DNA of 53,206 nt, filler included, from Sluysia triapertura (Eukaryota), in NCBI GenBank assembly GCA_046118255.1. It is 4 parts of 4 records of this genome, joined end to end, with 100 filler letters (N's around TTAATTAATTAA, not from the genome) between each part and the next. Parts side by side here need not be neighbours in the genome. Positions count along the whole stretch, not along the records: positions 38,843 to 53,206 come from JBJNIA010262506.1; 3 more parts are not named here. The stretch is one strand, 5' to 3'. Position 1 is the stretch's first letter, and every line of letters starts with the position of its first letter. Positions 49,738 to 53,206 of this stretch are shown here, piece after piece. The position numbers and the translations under genes are program-made. The notes beneath the pieces were generated by a model. It saw only the letters and a list, made by a program, of their open reading frames with translations. It was not told the DNA's origin and ran no database searches.

Positions 49738-51905
49738 TTAAGGTTGTTTTCTGTAGCGATGAGATAAATGAACATCTGATGTCGTTACGGTCATGCCATT
49801 TTTACGACGCGGTGGATTAAGATCAGGGATGACATCACAATTCGTTGCCGTACTTTTATTGTGACTGCTTCGAATAGAATCTGAGAAATAATCTAATTCA
49901 ATTTTCGTGCATATGTAACATGCTTTATTGTGAGGATCAGGAATTAAGCATCTCTGAACGAATTGAACTAACAAATCACGATTATCAGGCCTTGGTTCAA
50001 ATTACCGTAACTTTGATCTACAACTAATTTAACACCTAGTGCATCGATTCCAGGATAAGAGCGACTTTCTAAATTAATGTATTAAGAAACATAACGAGAC
50101 CTTATGGCATTCTAATAATTGCCTTCAGGCATTTCAAATTTAAATTTATCGACTATCATATCCGAATCCAAAGACCCATTTTTCACATTTTGAAATTCAT
50201 AATCACTCATGAATCTTTTGATGACCACGAATTGAAGTACGAAATAAAATTTTTGGCCTTCAAACAAGCCATATTAGTGTCACTTAAAGGAGTCTTTGAT
50301 AATTTCTTTTCTTTTCACTGCCTCCATCTTCTCCTTTTGAGGAACAAGATATTGATTAAAACGTTAATTTCTCTATCTTAAAAAACTTCTTATATTTCAA
50401 TTATATACTTTAATTATTTCTAAAATTTCATTTTTATGCGATAAAGCACCAATATAATAAATTTTTACATCGTAATTAACTTTATCCATTTTTAAAATAC
50501 GCAATTGCATTAAATTTTTTTAGAAAAGATTTATTTAGCTTTTAATAATCATTTATTTTTCTTATCAAAGTTAGCATTTCTGAAGAATAAATTGAACTTG
50601 AATCATTATTTAAATCTTTTAATAAATTCATTTTTATATCAGAACATACATTGTTACTTGATAATTGTTGACATATAATTGAAATAAATCTTTCAATAAA
50701 TACAGTTTCTACATTCTGAAGATTCTATCAACTTTGCATAACCATAAATAAAAAACCACACACTTTTTAAAGCAATTCTTCAGCTTTAAAGAAACTAATT
50801 TTATTCATATTGTAATAATAAACTACATTTATCAATGGTTGTAAATGTCATATTGAGGTCAAATTAATAAAATATTATTCTGAAAACCATAGATTTTCAT
50901 CCACAATCAAAGTTCTTGTGCTAATTTGAGAAATACACATGCATGGTATTAATTATTTTATTATTAAATGATGCTTTTTTCTCATCATCATATTTAACCA
51001 ATAATATTTTACTTTTTAATACAATTTTCGCTAAATCATCTTCACCAAAATCTACTTGATCTTCACAGATTCTAACTTCCTGCTTTACGAGATTTTCCGG
51101 TTTTCAAGAATATCTTCAAAGTTAAAGTATAAGTTTATGCGATAATAAGTTCGTCGGTAATTGTTTTGTACTTTATATTCAACTTCCAACCTAAGATCAG
51201 AAAAGATTTAACTTCTAGCTGTAAAAATTATCGAAATTGCTTGAATCTATATAAGTTTGAATCTTTATAAAGAGTAATTATTTAACCAATTTTAAATTCA
51301 CTATTAAATGTTCAACATATTACCAAATTTTAGCAATTAAACTAATTAATCAAAAATTTGCCTACTAAAGATGGTAAAATATTTCAAGTGAGGAAAGGGT
51401 TTTGTGTACTTAAGAGATTAGTTAAAATGTGGTTTTATGATAACAATTTTGTTAATATATTTCAAACTAAGATAAACTCTATAAAACTTAACGAACTGCT
51501 TGAATTAAAAAATTACTTTTGATATATTTCGACGTTAAAATCATCGTTCTTTGTACAAAAATAAATATTCAAACTTCATCATAAGACCCTTCTGTGGCGT
51601 CTAGTAACCGTACCGACGTCCTTCCTTATCCAATGTTATACAGAACTCTCTTCATCCGCTCAAACAATACTCTATCTGCGAACGCCGCATCATTACTACT
51701 ACTGAATTACATAGGAAGTTGCGACATTATTACTTTTCCTTTCCGCCAAGCAATACTTGCCATCCTGATTCTCACGTTCTGCTTTATAATACGCCTGTTT
51801 GTTCTCATAAGCAGTATAATTGATGCTATACTTACAATTAATATTCAAACAAAATTCAATAACAGATAATTGTTTGCCAGGTTGCCTAAGTAACCCACTT
51901 AGCAA
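49738..51905 (-). pseudogene. Long, heavily decayed intronless coding region(s), unidentified
   Basis: Protein-like minus-strand fragments (ORFs 51699-51905 and 49738-49974, and broken frames between them). Confidence 0.3.
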
Positions 51906-52329
51906 TATAATAAAATTATATTATTATTGCCATTACCATTACAATTGTAATTATCATTTTTTTTAATTTACAAATAGCAAATATAAGGAGTTCTAAAACT
52001 GCTGCTAGCTATTTTTTTAACAGAAATACATTATTTATTTTTATTAAAAAATTTTATAATTTATTAAAATTAATAAAATCAATATAAACTAAAATGAATA
52101 TAAATAAAATACATAGAAGTAATTAGCATAAACTTTCCTAATTGTATTCAAAATAAAACAAAACAAAAATAAAGCAACTACTATAAAAATACCTCCTTTG
52201 GATCATCCAACATTGTACCCCTTATGTAACCTTTCTAAATAAAAAATAGATTACACCCATAATTCTCTATGATATCAATGTTTACGCCTTATATTCACAT
52301 TATATAAATTTAATTATATCATTACGAAC

Positions 52330-52826
52330 CCTTAATTGATAACTCATTCCAATAAAAGCTTGAAAACCAGTCACATTTTCACTCTCCATAAAATATTCTA
52401 AGTTTAAAATGTGAGAATCATAAACACCATCGCTATTTAAATCAATACTTTCTTTAGTTACTAAAATTAATTATTGAAAGTTCAAATTAATTCCTACTAA
52501 CTTAAAGGAACTCTAAATAACGAATTTTTCAAATCAATTTCACTTGATTTGTAAAATAATAAACCGTTATTCGTGTGAATTACTGTAAATATATCATCCA
52601 TTAGGTATGAAGCAGGGAATTCATAAACTGTATTCATCATAACGAACAACCCTTGTGAACCATATCAAAATAACAAAAAACAATTACCTGACGTCGAATA
52701 AGCAATAATAATTGCAAGAAAAATAGATATAATGATAAAACCACAACTAATAATTGTAGGTAATGAAATAGTATTAGCCAAATAACGACGTTTACAAGAT
52801 TGTCTAAAAACCTCAAATAAAATCAT
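52330..52826 (-). CDS. TMEM231: TMEM231 (ciliary transition-zone, MKS module) homolog, first three exons: complement(join(52688..52826,52502..52651,52330..52460)); remainder not found
   Basis: Spliced translation MILFEVFRQSCKRRYLAN...IIIAYSTSGLFVMMNTVYEFP...FRVPLITKESIDLNSDGVYD...ENVTGFQAFIGMSYQLR aligns with recalled TMEM231 motifs (MALYELFS..V.R.Y.A, GFW...YEEQP, RVPLVS...D.NQDGK.D, V.GVQL...FSY.L). Introns of 36 and 41 nt have consistent phases. Confidence 0.82.
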
Positions 52827-53136
52827 TTTATATAGTTTAATTGCAGATTTTTAAAATCAATTAATGTTTTATATTTGAAAATAATTTATTAAATTTAAAT
52901 AAAAATTTATTAATACACAATAAAAATTTAACTTTGTAAAAATAAAATATTATTAAAATAAAAAATATAAAACATTAAACTATTTGCTTAACAACCCATA
53001 ATTTATGCAATTATTAAAAAATACTTAATAAACTTCCAAGTGTATTGTATGATTGTTTTTTAAAGACTTTCAGTTTTCTTGTATTCGCATTGTATTGTGA
53101 ACAAGTCAAAAAGAGATGAAAATCTTATTATGTATT

Positions 53137-53137
<1 letters not shown>

Positions 53138-53206
<69 letters not shown>
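53138..53206. repeat. (TAA)n microsatellite at the window end
   Basis: Direct reading. Confidence 0.95.

Noticed and set aside
3575-51905. Alternative genetic code (TAA/TAG read-through) explaining the broken ORFs
   Set aside because: The broken ORFs also need frameshifts and contain all three stop types. The conserved GPx and TMEM231 exons have no in-frame TAA/TAG.

Overview
This is eukaryotic DNA made of four contigs joined by artificial 100-nt linkers (44 N + TTAATTAATTAA + 44 N). Contigs 1 (1-11890), 3 (23190-38742) and 4 (38843-53206) are very AT-rich, share repeat families and look like one invertebrate genome. Their 36-45 nt introns, a selenocysteine GPx4-type gene and a ciliary TMEM231 gene fit a flatworm-like animal (inference). 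They also hold many decayed intronless ORFs, DNA-transposon relics (Tigger, Tc1/mariner, hAT-like), a piggyBac MITE, and a 403-bp miniature LTR retroelement (TRIM) whose two LTRs each contain a tRNA-Ala-like Pol III cassette. Contig 2 (11991-23089) is clearly more GC-rich and teleost-like. It carries a CACTA/EnSpm element with a spliced ~1041-aa transposase head-to-head with a spliced second gene. The transposase C-terminus is interrupted by a ~1.27-kb non-autonomous retroposon with a Rex1-type 3' tail and its own 137-aa single-pass membrane protein ORF. The best candidates for undescribed systems are the tRNA-bearing TRIM and the membrane-protein-encoding retroposon. All family assignments come from motif recognition by eye; no searches were run.
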